Shown piece by piece: positions 10,213-24,508 of a stretch of 64,000 nucleotides of DNA. The notes under the pieces were generated by a model. That model ran no database searches, had not been told where the DNA came from, and was given only the letters and a program-made list of their open reading frames with translations. The translations under genes were made by a program, and so were the position numbers. The number at the start of each line of letters is the position of its first letter. Within the stretch, counting starts at the first letter, position 1. The DNA comes from Thermodesulfobacteriota bacterium (GTDB lineage: Bacteria > Desulfobacterota_D > UBA1144 > Nemesobacterales > JAJCZQ01): positions 1,926,024-1,990,023 of the forward strand of contig OZ244044.1 of NCBI GenBank assembly GCA_965215275.1, written 5' to 3'.

Positions 10213-10253
10213 GCGGGACCTGTTATTACTTCTTATTTCAGGTCCCGCTTTTT
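10213..10253. terminator. Hairpin with T-run between convergent porin and HTTM genes
   Basis: GCGGGACCTG...CAGGTCCCGC-TTTTT. Confidence 0.75.
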
Positions 10254-10450
10254 ATTTTGGGGATATATAAAGATTATTTGGCAAATAAATTATCTCTACC
10301 GTTCTTGGTGCAGTATCACTTTTCACTTCCTTTTGATTTTCAATGTTATTAGTGCTAATGGAACTCATGCTTAGCTGTTCAACCTGATACAAATACAAAT
10401 TTGTTGAAAAACCATTTTTGTTCACTAAATCCACAATTTTGATAGTTTCC

Positions 10451-11578
10451 CTATGGATCAGGTTTTGTATCCTTTTTATGATTTGAATACAATCCATGAT
10501 ATAAAATAGACAGAAGGTAACAAACAGCAATAATAGAACCGGTCAAAAGTATAAATAGGGGTTTATTGGATATTAAACTTTTGTATTTAATTCCCAGCAA
10601 ACCCAAAGTCATCACAAGTAATAGGACCACACCAAGAAACATTAAAGAAAGCCGCTTTCTAAAATCACAAGAGACATGATAATCTTTACAATCTTTATTT
10701 GCAGGGATGATATTCCTCCAATCAACAAATGCACCATATACCAAAATGGTATTGTGGAAACCTATGTTGAGCATCAAATAGTTAGAAAGGTGAAAGAAGA
10801 CAGCAAGACAAAGATAAACTCTAAATATCTTTCTGTTTGTAAAACAAGCAGCAATAAATAGTATTTCAAATAAAAATGCGAAACTGTCAATTAATTCCCA
10901 GAATAAATTGCTCGTTAACTCTACAAAATAGCCAGTGAGATATTTATCTGTTTTCTTAATATAATATGCTGTATTTAACCAACCTCGCACGGCTTGGGTT
11001 GATAGATCAAGATCAAGCCATTTATATTTTCCAATACCCGCGGCAAAAAAAGCAAAGCATATACATAAAGCCATCAGTGACAACCCGTAATTTCTTTTTT
11101 TACTGAACTTCTTTTTAATTCCGTTATACGAATCAATTGAGTAATACTTTCCCCAGTCGGAAAAGGTCATCAGGAAAAGCATAATTACCGGTAGATGACG
11201 ACCGTGGTCAATCTTGCCGAACGAGTACTGAAAAGAGTCGCATATAATAATAAGCAAAGACAGGGTCAATGAAACGTATCTTGTCTTGTAACCAAAGAGC
11301 AGGAGTATAAAAAGCAGAGGTAATAAAAATTCCACTACTTGAAAAAAAGCATCTGGTGGAAACTTGCTGAACAGAGCAGCTATTGATAAGACCGGTGGAT
11401 TATAGAATATATCTGGGGATTGTGATATCCATGAATATCTTGGCGGTCTGAAAACGAACAACCAAAGTGACGCAAAAATAATCCTGAATATGGATAATGA
11501 TCTTGTGTCCATATAGGCAACGTCATGCAGCCTTTTTTCCAAATAGGTCAATACTTTGAATACAGGTTTAATAGACAT
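10451..11578 (-). CDS. HTTM-domain-like membrane protein, copy 2
   Basis: Close paralog of 4885..6060. Confidence 0.75.
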   Translation of the reverse strand: MSIKPVFKVLTYLEKRLHDVAYMDTRSLSIFRIIFASLWLFVFRPPRYSWISQSPDIFYNPPVLSIAALFSKFPPDAFFQVVEFLLPLLFILLLFGYKTRYVSLTLSLLIIICDSFQYSFGKIDHGRHLPVIMLFLMTFSDWGKYYSIDSYNGIKKKFSKKRNYGLSLMALCICFAFFAAGIGKYKWLDLDLSTQAVRGWLNTAYYIKKTDKYLTGYFVELTSNLFWELIDSFAFLFEILFIAACFTNRKIFRVYLCLAVFFHLSNYLMLNIGFHNTILVYGAFVDWRNIIPANKDCKDYHVSCDFRKRLSLMFLGVVLLLVMTLGLLGIKYKSLISNKPLFILLTGSIIAVCYLLSILYHGLYSNHKKDTKPDP

Positions 11579-11592
11579 AACTTACTTATAAA

Positions 11593-12089
11593 TTAGAAGA
11601 GTATTACACTTTTAGTCTTACATTTTTCTTTATTTGACCGTTTCGCATCATAATATATTTTTAAATAGCACTTCTCGTACCTTAATCCTTTAATTGCTTC
11701 TTTGTCCACACCAGTTAGCTTATTCAGACGATCTTTTATCCAGTTTACTCCATCCCTCCTGGTTGTTGCCGAGAGTCCGTGGGACCTACCCCCCCCTCCT
11801 TACCTAATCCAAAATTATTTCTCATTACCATCATTCCATAGTAAGGACGAATAGGTTTAAAAAACTTTATGTAATTAACTTTCACCTCTGCATTTTCCTT
11901 TAACATATAGAGTCTAAACTCACGCTGAATTCTAAACTCACTACCCAAATGTTTGCCTGGTGAACGACCGCTTCCTGGAAGGATCACCGCGGGATAAGGT
12001 TCAAGACGGTAAGGACCATGGAGTAAAATAACAGGAACAACAAGTAAACAAAACAACAGCGCTCTTGAAATAAAATATCTTGTTTTCAT
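11593..12089 (-). pseudogene. HTTM partner copy 2, frameshifted at G8 tract (possible phase-OFF)
   Basis: Adding one G at 11789..11796 restores a full-length protein ending KTKSVILF, like the G9 copy 1. Confidence 0.8.
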
Positions 12090-12218
12090 TAGAACTTTAA
12101 CGATAAATAAAAACTTGGATATAGTCAAAATATTCTGTTAATACTAAAAAATTACTCTCTTGAAACAGCGACTTATCTTGATAAAATTAAAATTCTTTTT
12201 ATTATTTATTATCAATCT

Positions 12219-12294
<76 letters not shown>

Positions 12295-12415
12295 TACCAC
12301 TCTTTTACTATATAATCATTGTTATTATGACGTGACCTGATATATAATATTATCAGTATAGCAATACGGTGTAGTTTTAAGGCAGTTGTGTAAATATTGA
12401 TCTGGGAGGTCATAT

Positions 12416-12829
12416 ATGAGATTTTCTGAATACCTTAAAGATAAAAGAAAACAGAATAACATTACTCAGGAAAATTTGGCACGCAGTCTCAATGTTTCAA
12501 GTGTGTTTATCCATCAACTTGAAACTGGAAAGGTCGATGCACCGTCTTATGAAAGATGTAAGCAGCTTTCTCTTATTTTAAAGGCTGATACCGAAGAGTT
12601 ATGGAATGTGGCTCAAAGAGAGAGATTTAAAAGGTTTATAGAGAAACAGGGAATAGACGAGACCAACCTTGAGTTATTGAGCAGAGAAGAAAAGTTGATA
12701 ATTAAACTTCACAGAAATCTTGATAGTGACATGAAAAAAGATTTCAGTGGTATGATCTTTATGCTGCTGCGTCATTCCCAGAGCGAGGAGCTAAAGAAAG
12801 TTTTAGATGAATTTATGAAATGCGCATAA
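12416..12829 (+). CDS. XRE-family HTH transcriptional regulator
   Basis: TQENLARSLNVSSVFIHQLETG helix-turn-helix. Confidence 0.85.
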   Translation: MRFSEYLKDKRKQNNITQENLARSLNVSSVFIHQLETGKVDAPSYERCKQLSLILKADTEELWNVAQRERFKRFIEKQGIDETNLELLSREEKLIIKLHRNLDSDMKKDFSGMIFMLLRHSQSEELKKVLDEFMKCA

Positions 12830-13611
12830 AAGGAAAAATTGAGTTAGTTGGGAAGATATTTCTGGTTGAGTTCATCATTTTGATGCTCATAGGTGTAGTG
12901 TTTTATTTTCAGTTTTCAAACGCAAGAGAGGAGTTTATAAGTAAGACAAGATCCGTTGCCGAAACTATAGGAGATCAGGCAAGCACCTATTTTTCTGATA
13001 TAAGCAAACATACCGGTATAGAAAAAAATGCTACAAGTGATGAGTTTTTTCTTTTTCTTGATGAAAGACTTGGAAGGGAGAAATTATTTCATGTATTGGA
13101 CATTTCCCCTGAATTTTTTAGCGTTGTATTCAAAAAAGATGTGGATAGAGGTTTCGTTAGGGGTTATTTCAACAAGGATTTTTATCCGGACGCAGGATAT
13201 TCAGTGCAAAAAAAAGAAGGTTTAATTTCCGTTACGGTTCCGTTTATAACGCGTGAGCAATCCGAACCATTTGGTCTTGTAAAGATAAGTTCCGATAATA
13301 TGACAATTCTAAAGCAGGTTTTTTCGGATAATTTTCTGCTTTATGTTGCAATGTTGATTTTATTCAATAATCAGGCTTACATTTTTTATTTGTTTACACG
13401 CAAAAAGAAGGAAGAGGTCCTGGTCGATAAAGGTTATTTGAAAGAGCATTCCATAGGAGCATTGAAAATTATGCACAGGGTCCTTGGAGAGATTATTGAA
13501 GATCATTCCGGCAGCAGTGACAAGGTTAGCTCAACACAGCCAAAGGTGGAGGAGTCGGTAAAAAACGTTATTTCAATTTCTAAAGTAGCTTTGAGAAAAG
13601 AAAAACAATGA
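12820..13611 (+). CDS. Hypothetical membrane protein
   Basis: Two hydrophobic helices flanking a soluble domain; overlaps both neighbours. Confidence 0.65.
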   Translation: MRIKGKIELVGKIFLVEFIILMLIGVVFYFQFSNAREEFISKTRSVAETIGDQASTYFSDISKHTGIEKNATSDEFFLFLDERLGREKLFHVLDISPEFFSVVFKKDVDRGFVRGYFNKDFYPDAGYSVQKKEGLISVTVPFITREQSEPFGLVKISSDNMTILKQVFSDNFLLYVAMLILFNNQAYIFYLFTRKKKEEVLVDKGYLKEHSIGALKIMHRVLGEIIEDHSGSSDKVSSTQPKVEESVKNVISISKVALRKEKQ

Positions 13612-13967
13612 AGACACCAGTCGTATTATTATTATTATTTGCTCTGACAGTGTTGGGCTGTGATGGCAGTGTGGAAAGGTCCGTTATACTGGATGGTCCA
13701 ATAATGGAAACTGTTACTGAAACTGGTGAACTTGAATATAATGGTGCTTTGATAAATGTTTCTGATAAATCCGTTTCATCTGTTCTTGTAGTTATTATTC
13801 TGAAAGATGAAGATGGTGAAGTTATTGAGATAAAATCAATTGGCACTGATGATGAATTTGAATCTACAAACCTGATGCCGGGGGAAAGTGTATTTTTTAC
13901 ACTTAGTTTTGATGTAAATCCTGATATGGTTATTGCTAAAGAAGTAGAGATTTATTATGATGAATAG
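13608..13967 (+). CDS. Lipoprotein, FxLYD-like domain
   Basis: Lipobox VLGC; acidic beta-rich domain with NLMPGESVFF. Confidence 0.65.
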   Translation: MKTPVVLLLLFALTVLGCDGSVERSVILDGPIMETVTETGELEYNGALINVSDKSVSSVLVVIILKDEDGEVIEIKSIGTDDEFESTNLMPGESVFFTLSFDVNPDMVIAKEVEIYYDE

Positions 13968-14209
13968 TAATTTTATAGAGTGATTTGTGGCTTGTTAACT
14001 CTACTATTTTCAGTCCTTTGTTTCTCACGAATAATTATGTAATGGTCTCCTTTCAGACTAATTGAAAGAATTCAATTTAGGTTCGATATTATTTAAGGGT
14101 CGTGATCTGAAGCAGCAAAGCAGGACTGTCCTGATTGATATTTCTAGGTTTATTTTACTGTATAAAGAGAATTAGAAAAACTGGTAAAATGGGGATGAAT
14201 TGATACTTT

Positions 14210-14392
14210 TTAATCCTTTGATGGAATTAAATGAACTATTATAGACACCGTTGCTGCTATCATTGCAACAATCCCCAAGAGTTTGAAATAATTGTTCCAG
14301 TCAATTGATATTTGAAGCAGCATACCAATGGATACTAATGAAAAGATAATCAATACTATAAACAGACTGCCGATTATATTTGTTTTTAACAT
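14210..14392 (-). CDS. Small two-helix membrane protein
   Basis: Two hydrophobic stretches; GGAG upstream. Confidence 0.5.
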   Translation of the reverse strand: MLKTNIIGSLFIVLIIFSLVSIGMLLQISIDWNNYFKLLGIVAMIAATVSIIVHLIPSKD

Positions 14393-14631
14393 ATTAACTC
14401 CGAAGTGTTTAATTGTTGAAAAACTATTCTATCTTGATGTTGTATATTATTCAACTATTAAATTTCAGACGCTGTAAGTTTTTCTTAAGCTGATCACACA
14501 AAGATTTTTAGGGTGGAATATCTGTCATTTCAGTTTTGGGATTTATTACAATATGGTTGTACGGAATTAAATAAAATCATATGTGATATTAGGATGAAAG
14601 AACAAGTGGATCAAAGGTCAGAGGTGCCGTT

Positions 14632-16326
14632 TTGAAAAAAAAGAGATTAACAAACTCAAAAAAGCCTTTTAAAGGTGCAATAGACAGGGTTATAGGAGAA
14701 GTACAAAAAAAACAGGGCAAATATTTTATCTCTTCGAGAGTAGATGAGATCCAAAACATTAGGGTACAAGATATTCAAAAGTTAAATTTGAAAAAACATA
14801 CTCTTGTTGGTTTAAAGATTAATACTGAAAGTGGTGAGATAAAAATTGACAAGGTCTTTGGGAAATCACAAAAGATCGAAGTAGAGAAAGAGGCAATTGT
14901 TTTTAAATACAATATTTCCGATAAGTTTTCCAGAAAAGTAACCAAAGAAGCAGAAAAACTTTCCGGGGAATTAAGTTCAGAAGATATAGTAAGCAGAATT
15001 GATCTGAGAAAGAAGTTGTTTTTTACGATAGACGGTGATGATGCGAGGGATTTTGACGACGCCGTGTGTATTAATAAGGTAAGAAACGGGTACAAGCTTT
15101 TTGTGTCAATTGCAGATGTGTCCGCTTATGTTCCTCATGGTTCATCTATAGACCGCGAAGCATTGAAAAGAGCCAACAGCGTTTATCTGCCGGGCAAGGT
15201 ATATCCTATGCTCCCCGAGACTTTGTCCAATAATATATGCAGTTTGGTCCCCAAAGAAGACCGTTTGACCAAGACTGTTGAAATAAATTTTTATTCCGAT
15301 GGATCGGTTAATAATTACCGAATATATAACAGCGTTATTAACAGCAAGGCGCGGTTAACTTACAGCAGGGTTTCTGATCTATTAAGCGGCAAGGCAGAGT
15401 TAAGGTATGAGGAAAAAAATATAGTAAGAGCTTTAAATCTTATGAATGAACTTTATAAGAAACTGAAGAGGAAAAGAATGGATGCTGGTGAGTTGGATTT
15501 TGATTTTCCTGAACCGGAACTTGTCAGGGATAGAAATGGAAAAGTCATTAACGTTAAAAAATCTGAACGAAGTACTGCACACGGATTAATAGAGGAGTTT
15601 ATGATCGCGGCAAACAACGTTGTTGCTGGGTTTATTTTAGATAACAAAGTAGCATCTATATACAGGACTCACGAAGATCCTGATCCGGCTTCCGTGTATG
15701 AGTTAAGACAGGATTTGGATGAGATGGGGTATAAAATGAAAGCAGGGAAAAAGATCAGCCCGCAAGACGTCCAGAAAGTTATGCTTGAAACTAATAAAAG
15801 ACCAGATGGAAATGTAGTGAACATGCTGATACTTAAATCTCTCAAGAAAGCGGAGTACTCTACAAAAGAAATAGGACATTTTGGATTAGCTCTTAGTCGA
15901 TATACACATTTTACTTCTCCTATAAGACGTTACGCTGATCTGATAGTTCACAGGATAACAGAATCTTTGATTAACAATAATGGCTATAAAATTGATAAAT
16001 GGCAGTTAGATGAAATAAGTTCGCATTGTAGTAAAACAGAAAGAACATCTGACGAAATAGAAAGGGAATTACTTGACCTAGAAAGAGCAGGCCTTATGGG
16101 GGATAAGATCGGTAAGGTGTATGAGGGAAAAATCATCAGTATTATGCCGTTTGGAATGTTCGTTGAACTTAATCCAATATATGTTGAAGGTTTTGTACAT
16201 AAATCTGATATGAGGATGATCGGTAATAACGGGAAGAGGCGATGGTTTGTCGTTGGGCAGAAAGTAAAAGTGAAGGTGAAAGAAGCAGATATTGCAAGGA
16301 GAAGGGTCAGATTTTCTCTTGTTTAG
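14632..16326 (+). CDS. rnr: Ribonuclease R family exoribonuclease
   Basis: TIDGDDARDFDDA, YTHFTSPIRRYADL, C-terminal S1 domain. Confidence 0.88.
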   Translation: MKKKRLTNSKKPFKGAIDRVIGEVQKKQGKYFISSRVDEIQNIRVQDIQKLNLKKHTLVGLKINTESGEIKIDKVFGKSQKIEVEKEAIVFKYNISDKFSRKVTKEAEKLSGELSSEDIVSRIDLRKKLFFTIDGDDARDFDDAVCINKVRNGYKLFVSIADVSAYVPHGSSIDREALKRANSVYLPGKVYPMLPETLSNNICSLVPKEDRLTKTVEINFYSDGSVNNYRIYNSVINSKARLTYSRVSDLLSGKAELRYEEKNIVRALNLMNELYKKLKRKRMDAGELDFDFPEPELVRDRNGKVINVKKSERSTAHGLIEEFMIAANNVVAGFILDNKVASIYRTHEDPDPASVYELRQDLDEMGYKMKAGKKISPQDVQKVMLETNKRPDGNVVNMLILKSLKKAEYSTKEIGHFGLALSRYTHFTSPIRRYADLIVHRITESLINNNGYKIDKWQLDEISSHCSKTERTSDEIERELLDLERAGLMGDKIGKVYEGKIISIMPFGMFVELNPIYVEGFVHKSDMRMIGNNGKRRWFVVGQKVKVKVKEADIARRRVRFSLV

Positions 16327-16471
16327 ATGACAGTATTTATGTCTGTCAATATTGTGTTATCTGATAATTTGCTGTAAATGGCATTGATCTTATTACCTTA
16401 ATAAATTCATTTTATATTTATTAAGGTAATAGTATTTTTATCAAGAGAGTTAAAGTGAAAGTACTACAAAT

Positions 16472-16562
16472 TGGCGGAGGGAGTGGGATTCGAACCCACG
16501 AGACTCTAAAAGAGCCTACTGGTTTTCGAGACCAGCGCCTTCGTCCTCTCGGCCATCCCTCC
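16472..16562 (-). tRNA. tRNA-Ser(CGA)
   Basis: Cloverleaf with long variable arm, anticodon CGA, CCA encoded. Confidence 0.95.
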
Positions 16563-16658
16563 TTGGGGTTACTAAAACTAAATTACCAATTTAACCCCCT
16601 ATAAGCAATTATGGTTATAATTTGAAAGTTAAGTCTTTTACGTGTAGAGGTTTAATTT

Positions 16659-19169
16659 GTGATAGAGAAGTTGTTTTCACAAGATATTATTGAAGCAATA
16701 AGGTCAGAAATTTCAGCATCTCTGGGTAATGAAGTTTTTTTTGTTGGGGACTTTGACAGTAGTGGTTTGTGTTCAGAAATTGAGGTTTTAGCACGAGGAA
16801 ATGAATTTTCTGTTCCAGCAATCATTGACTCTGCCAGATCCGGGCAAATTGTTTTACATAACCATCCTTCCGGTAACTTAACACCATCTGAACAAGACGT
16901 TTATCTTGCTTCTATATTTGGCAACAACGGAGTAGGTTTTGCCATAGTTGACAATGAAGTGAGCGATGTTTACGTGGTAGTTGAACCGTTCAGAGAAAAA
17001 AAGAATCTGAAAATAGATTTAAACGAGGCAAAAGGCTACTTAATTCCGGATGGTCCTATATCTGACCTGTTGGGAAATAATTATGAATTCAGAGAGGAAC
17101 AGATACTTGTTTTAAACCGGGTCTTGTCATCATTTAACAATAACAGCATTGAACTTATAGAAGCCGGTACCGGAACTGGAAAAACTTTTTCATACTTGAT
17201 TCCATCGATCTTGTGGGCACTGAAAAACAATGAAAGGGTTGTGGTCTCCACAAACACAATTAATCTGCAAGAGCAACTTATTCATAAGGATATTCCTCTT
17301 ATGGCTAAGGTAATTCCGGAAAAATTCAGATATTCACTGGTTAAAGGTATGAAGAATTATGTATGTTTGCTTAGAGCAGAGACTTTAGCTGATAATCAGA
17401 TGGATATTTTTGAGGACGGTCACATAACTGAAATTAACGACTTGATAAACTGGTCAAGAACAACGGACCAAGGTTCTTTATCTGACTTGAATTTTACTCC
17501 AAACGAAGATGTGTGGGATAAGATCTCTGCTGAAAGCGATAGTTGTATAAGAACGAAATGCCCTTATTATTCACGATGTTTTTTCTTTAAAGATAGAAGA
17601 GAAATTGCTGCGTCTCAGCTGGTTGTGGTTAACCATCATATGTTTTTTTCCGATCTTGCAATAAAAATAGCAACCCAGGACAATCAATTTGGGATTCTAC
17701 CATCTTACCGAAGGGTTATATTTGATGAGGCTCACAATATTGTTGATGTTGCTACTTCTCATTTTAGCTCACGCATCTCAAAATACGGATTGATGCGAGC
17801 TATAAGAAGACTTAAAAGCAAAAATAAGAAAGGAGAGGTCAAGGGTCTTATTTATTACTGTACTTCAGTATCAGCAAAACTTTCTCGAAAACAAAAACAT
17901 GAGGACATTAACTTGTTGAAAATACTTTCCAAAACCGAAGAAGTATTTTCTCCCAGAGTTGATCAAGTTGAAATTCTTGTAGACGAAACGTTCGACCTGC
18001 TTGGAGAATTTGCCACTTTTGCCAATGATTCTGCGAGTCAAAGTGTAAATAATTTTAACATCAGAATTACAAAAGATCTGATAAATACGCAGCAGTGGGC
18101 GATGGCAAAGTTAAAATTCAATGATTTAAAAAAATATATAAGGGGCTTAATTGATGAAATTAAAAAATTAGTTTCATTATTTGAAAAGGATGAAGATGAG
18201 GACTTTGTGTTGAATATTCTTGTGGAGTTTAGAAGTATAGTCTATAAACTGGAGTATTACGCCGAGGTCGTGGATGAATTTTTCTCAGAGAATGATGATT
18301 TGAAAGTCAGGTGGATTGAAATTAAAGAAAGAAATAAGAATATCTCTTATTCAATCGGTATCTCGCCAATTGATGTTTCTGATTATTTGCAGGAGAATAT
18401 GTATAAGAATCTTGACTCAGCAGTCATAACTTCTGCTACTTTGGCTATTGATAAAAACTTTGAGTTTAGTAAAGAGCAGATGGGTTTACAAGAATTAGAC
18501 GAGGTGAATGAGGTTCTTGTAGAGTCCCCTTTCAACTTTAAAGAGCAGGTGACATTATGTATTCCAATAGACGTTCCCGGACATGAAGACAAAAATTATG
18601 CTCAAAAGATGTCACTGTATCTAAAAGAACTTTTTTTACTTACTAATGGTAATGCATTGATTCTCTTTACATCTTATAAGATGCTGAACACAGTCTATTC
18701 AGCTATTAAACAAGAGTTCTTGGACGGTATAAATTTATTGGTTCAGGGAATGGAACCGCGAAACCAGTTGATAGGTAGATTTAAGCGAACTAAAAACTCC
18801 GTTCTTTTTGCCACGGATAGTTTCTGGGAAGGAATTGATGTGCCTGGTGACTCTCTCAGGCTTTTAGTTATTATGAAATTGCCTTTTAAAGTGCCAACTG
18901 ATCCAATCTTTGCAGCAAAGAGTGAATACCTTGAATCTCAGAACATTAACCCATTTTTGGAATATTCCGTCCCTCTTGCCGTAATAAAGTTCAAGCAGGG
19001 ATTTGGAAGATTAATAAGGTCAAAGAAAGAAAAAGGAGTGGCAGTTGTATTGGATAAAAGAGTGGTAACGAAACACTACGGAAAATATTTTATAAATTCT
19101 TTACCTGATTGTAACGTTATACGTGGAAAATTTAGAGGTTTGCTGGGGAAAATAGAGGAATTTTTATGA
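16659..19169 (+). CDS. DinG/YoaA-family helicase with N-terminal JAB-like domain
   Basis: EAGTGTGKT, DEAH, Fe-S cysteines, QGFGRLIR; N-terminal HNHPSG..PS..D. Confidence 0.88.
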   Translation: MIEKLFSQDIIEAIRSEISASLGNEVFFVGDFDSSGLCSEIEVLARGNEFSVPAIIDSARSGQIVLHNHPSGNLTPSEQDVYLASIFGNNGVGFAIVDNEVSDVYVVVEPFREKKNLKIDLNEAKGYLIPDGPISDLLGNNYEFREEQILVLNRVLSSFNNNSIELIEAGTGTGKTFSYLIPSILWALKNNERVVVSTNTINLQEQLIHKDIPLMAKVIPEKFRYSLVKGMKNYVCLLRAETLADNQMDIFEDGHITEINDLINWSRTTDQGSLSDLNFTPNEDVWDKISAESDSCIRTKCPYYSRCFFFKDRREIAASQLVVVNHHMFFSDLAIKIATQDNQFGILPSYRRVIFDEAHNIVDVATSHFSSRISKYGLMRAIRRLKSKNKKGEVKGLIYYCTSVSAKLSRKQKHEDINLLKILSKTEEVFSPRVDQVEILVDETFDLLGEFATFANDSASQSVNNFNIRITKDLINTQQWAMAKLKFNDLKKYIRGLIDEIKKLVSLFEKDEDEDFVLNILVEFRSIVYKLEYYAEVVDEFFSENDDLKVRWIEIKERNKNISYSIGISPIDVSDYLQENMYKNLDSAVITSATLAIDKNFEFSKEQMGLQELDEVNEVLVESPFNFKEQVTLCIPIDVPGHEDKNYAQKMSLYLKELFLLTNGNALILFTSYKMLNTVYSAIKQEFLDGINLLVQGMEPRNQLIGRFKRTKNSVLFATDSFWEGIDVPGDSLRLLVIMKLPFKVPTDPIFAAKSEYLESQNINPFLEYSVPLAVIKFKQGFGRLIRSKKEKGVAVVLDKRVVTKHYGKYFINSLPDCNVIRGKFRGLLGKIEEFL

Positions 19170-19206
19170 TTTTTATATTAATTGTGTAATTATATAAATT
19201 ATTTTA

Positions 19207-19274
19207 TTGACATTGATTGTTGATTGACTATTATAATCTTTCCCTTATTTATAGGGAATTTACTGATCTTTGAA
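19207..19274 (+). promoter_or_regulatory. 16S promoter and boxA-like leader
   Basis: TTGACA, TATTAT/TATAAT, hairpin, TGATCTTTGAAAA. Confidence 0.7.
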
Positions 19275-19338
19275 AATTAAATAGCAGCAAGAAGCGAGTT
19301 AAGGGTAAATTCCAATAATTTTTTAAATTATTTTTCAA

Positions 19339-20872
<1,534 letters not shown>

Positions 20873-20950
20873 TTAACGGAGAATTGACCTGAGACTTCCT
20901 TCTTTGCTGTTATTTATTTAAATTTGGTGTTCTCAATAGCAAGTTTATCA

Positions 20951-21024
<74 letters not shown>

Positions 21025-21041
21025 CTGAAGTTTATATGTGA

Positions 21042-21117
21042 GGGGGTGTAGCTCAGCTGGGAGAGCGCCTGCTTTGCAAGCAGAAGGTCAGCGGTTCGAT
21101 CCCGCTCACCTCCACCA
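21042..21117 (+). tRNA. tRNA-Ala(TGC)
   Basis: Cloverleaf in ITS; CCA encoded. Confidence 0.96.
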
Positions 21118-21266
21118 ATTCATTACCAAAGATATTATTTTCCACAAGACCATTTTCAGCCATATTCTGAAACTATGTTTCCATATTGTTCAAAGTAATG
21201 GTCGCTCCGGATTTATCTTGTTGGATTTTATCAGTTTTTCTTTTTCAGATATTTGAGTTTATTATA

Positions 21267-21337
21267 TTGACATTGAGTTGTAAGTTGATTATTATAAAAA
21301 TCCCCTTGGTTTTATAAGGGGTTTTGATCTTTGACAA
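21267..21337 (+). promoter_or_regulatory. Second rRNA-type promoter + boxA directly upstream of 23S
   Basis: TTGACA-17-TATTAT, hairpin, TGATCTTTGACAA; paralogous to the 16S leader. Confidence 0.7.
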
Positions 21338-21411
21338 TTGAATACAATGCTGAGTAATTAAACGTGCCATTATGTATTGCAAAAAGGCGAGTTTGAGGAT
21401 TTTTATACCTC

Positions 21412-24344
<2,933 letters not shown>

Positions 24345-24508
24345 GGGGTTTAAAAATTCTCAATCTGATGGCCGTTAGTTCTCAGTGTTGTATTCATTAT
24401 TGTGTTTTTCTAATTCAAAAATCTTTCTTATTGACCTAATTTATTGTCTTTTTACCAATATTATAGTAAAACAATTAATGAATTTTACTTGTGGGAGGAA
24501 TTATCCTA

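Larger units (their letters stand above)
6381..12209. repeat. 5.8-kb inverted duplication, copy A
   Basis: Reverse-complement homology, including intergenic DNA, to 48720..54541. Confidence 0.92.

Noticed and set aside
10252..10530. 92-aa ORF overlapping the HTTM 3' end
   Set aside because: Overlaps the HTTM gene with no recognisable motif; at most a remnant.
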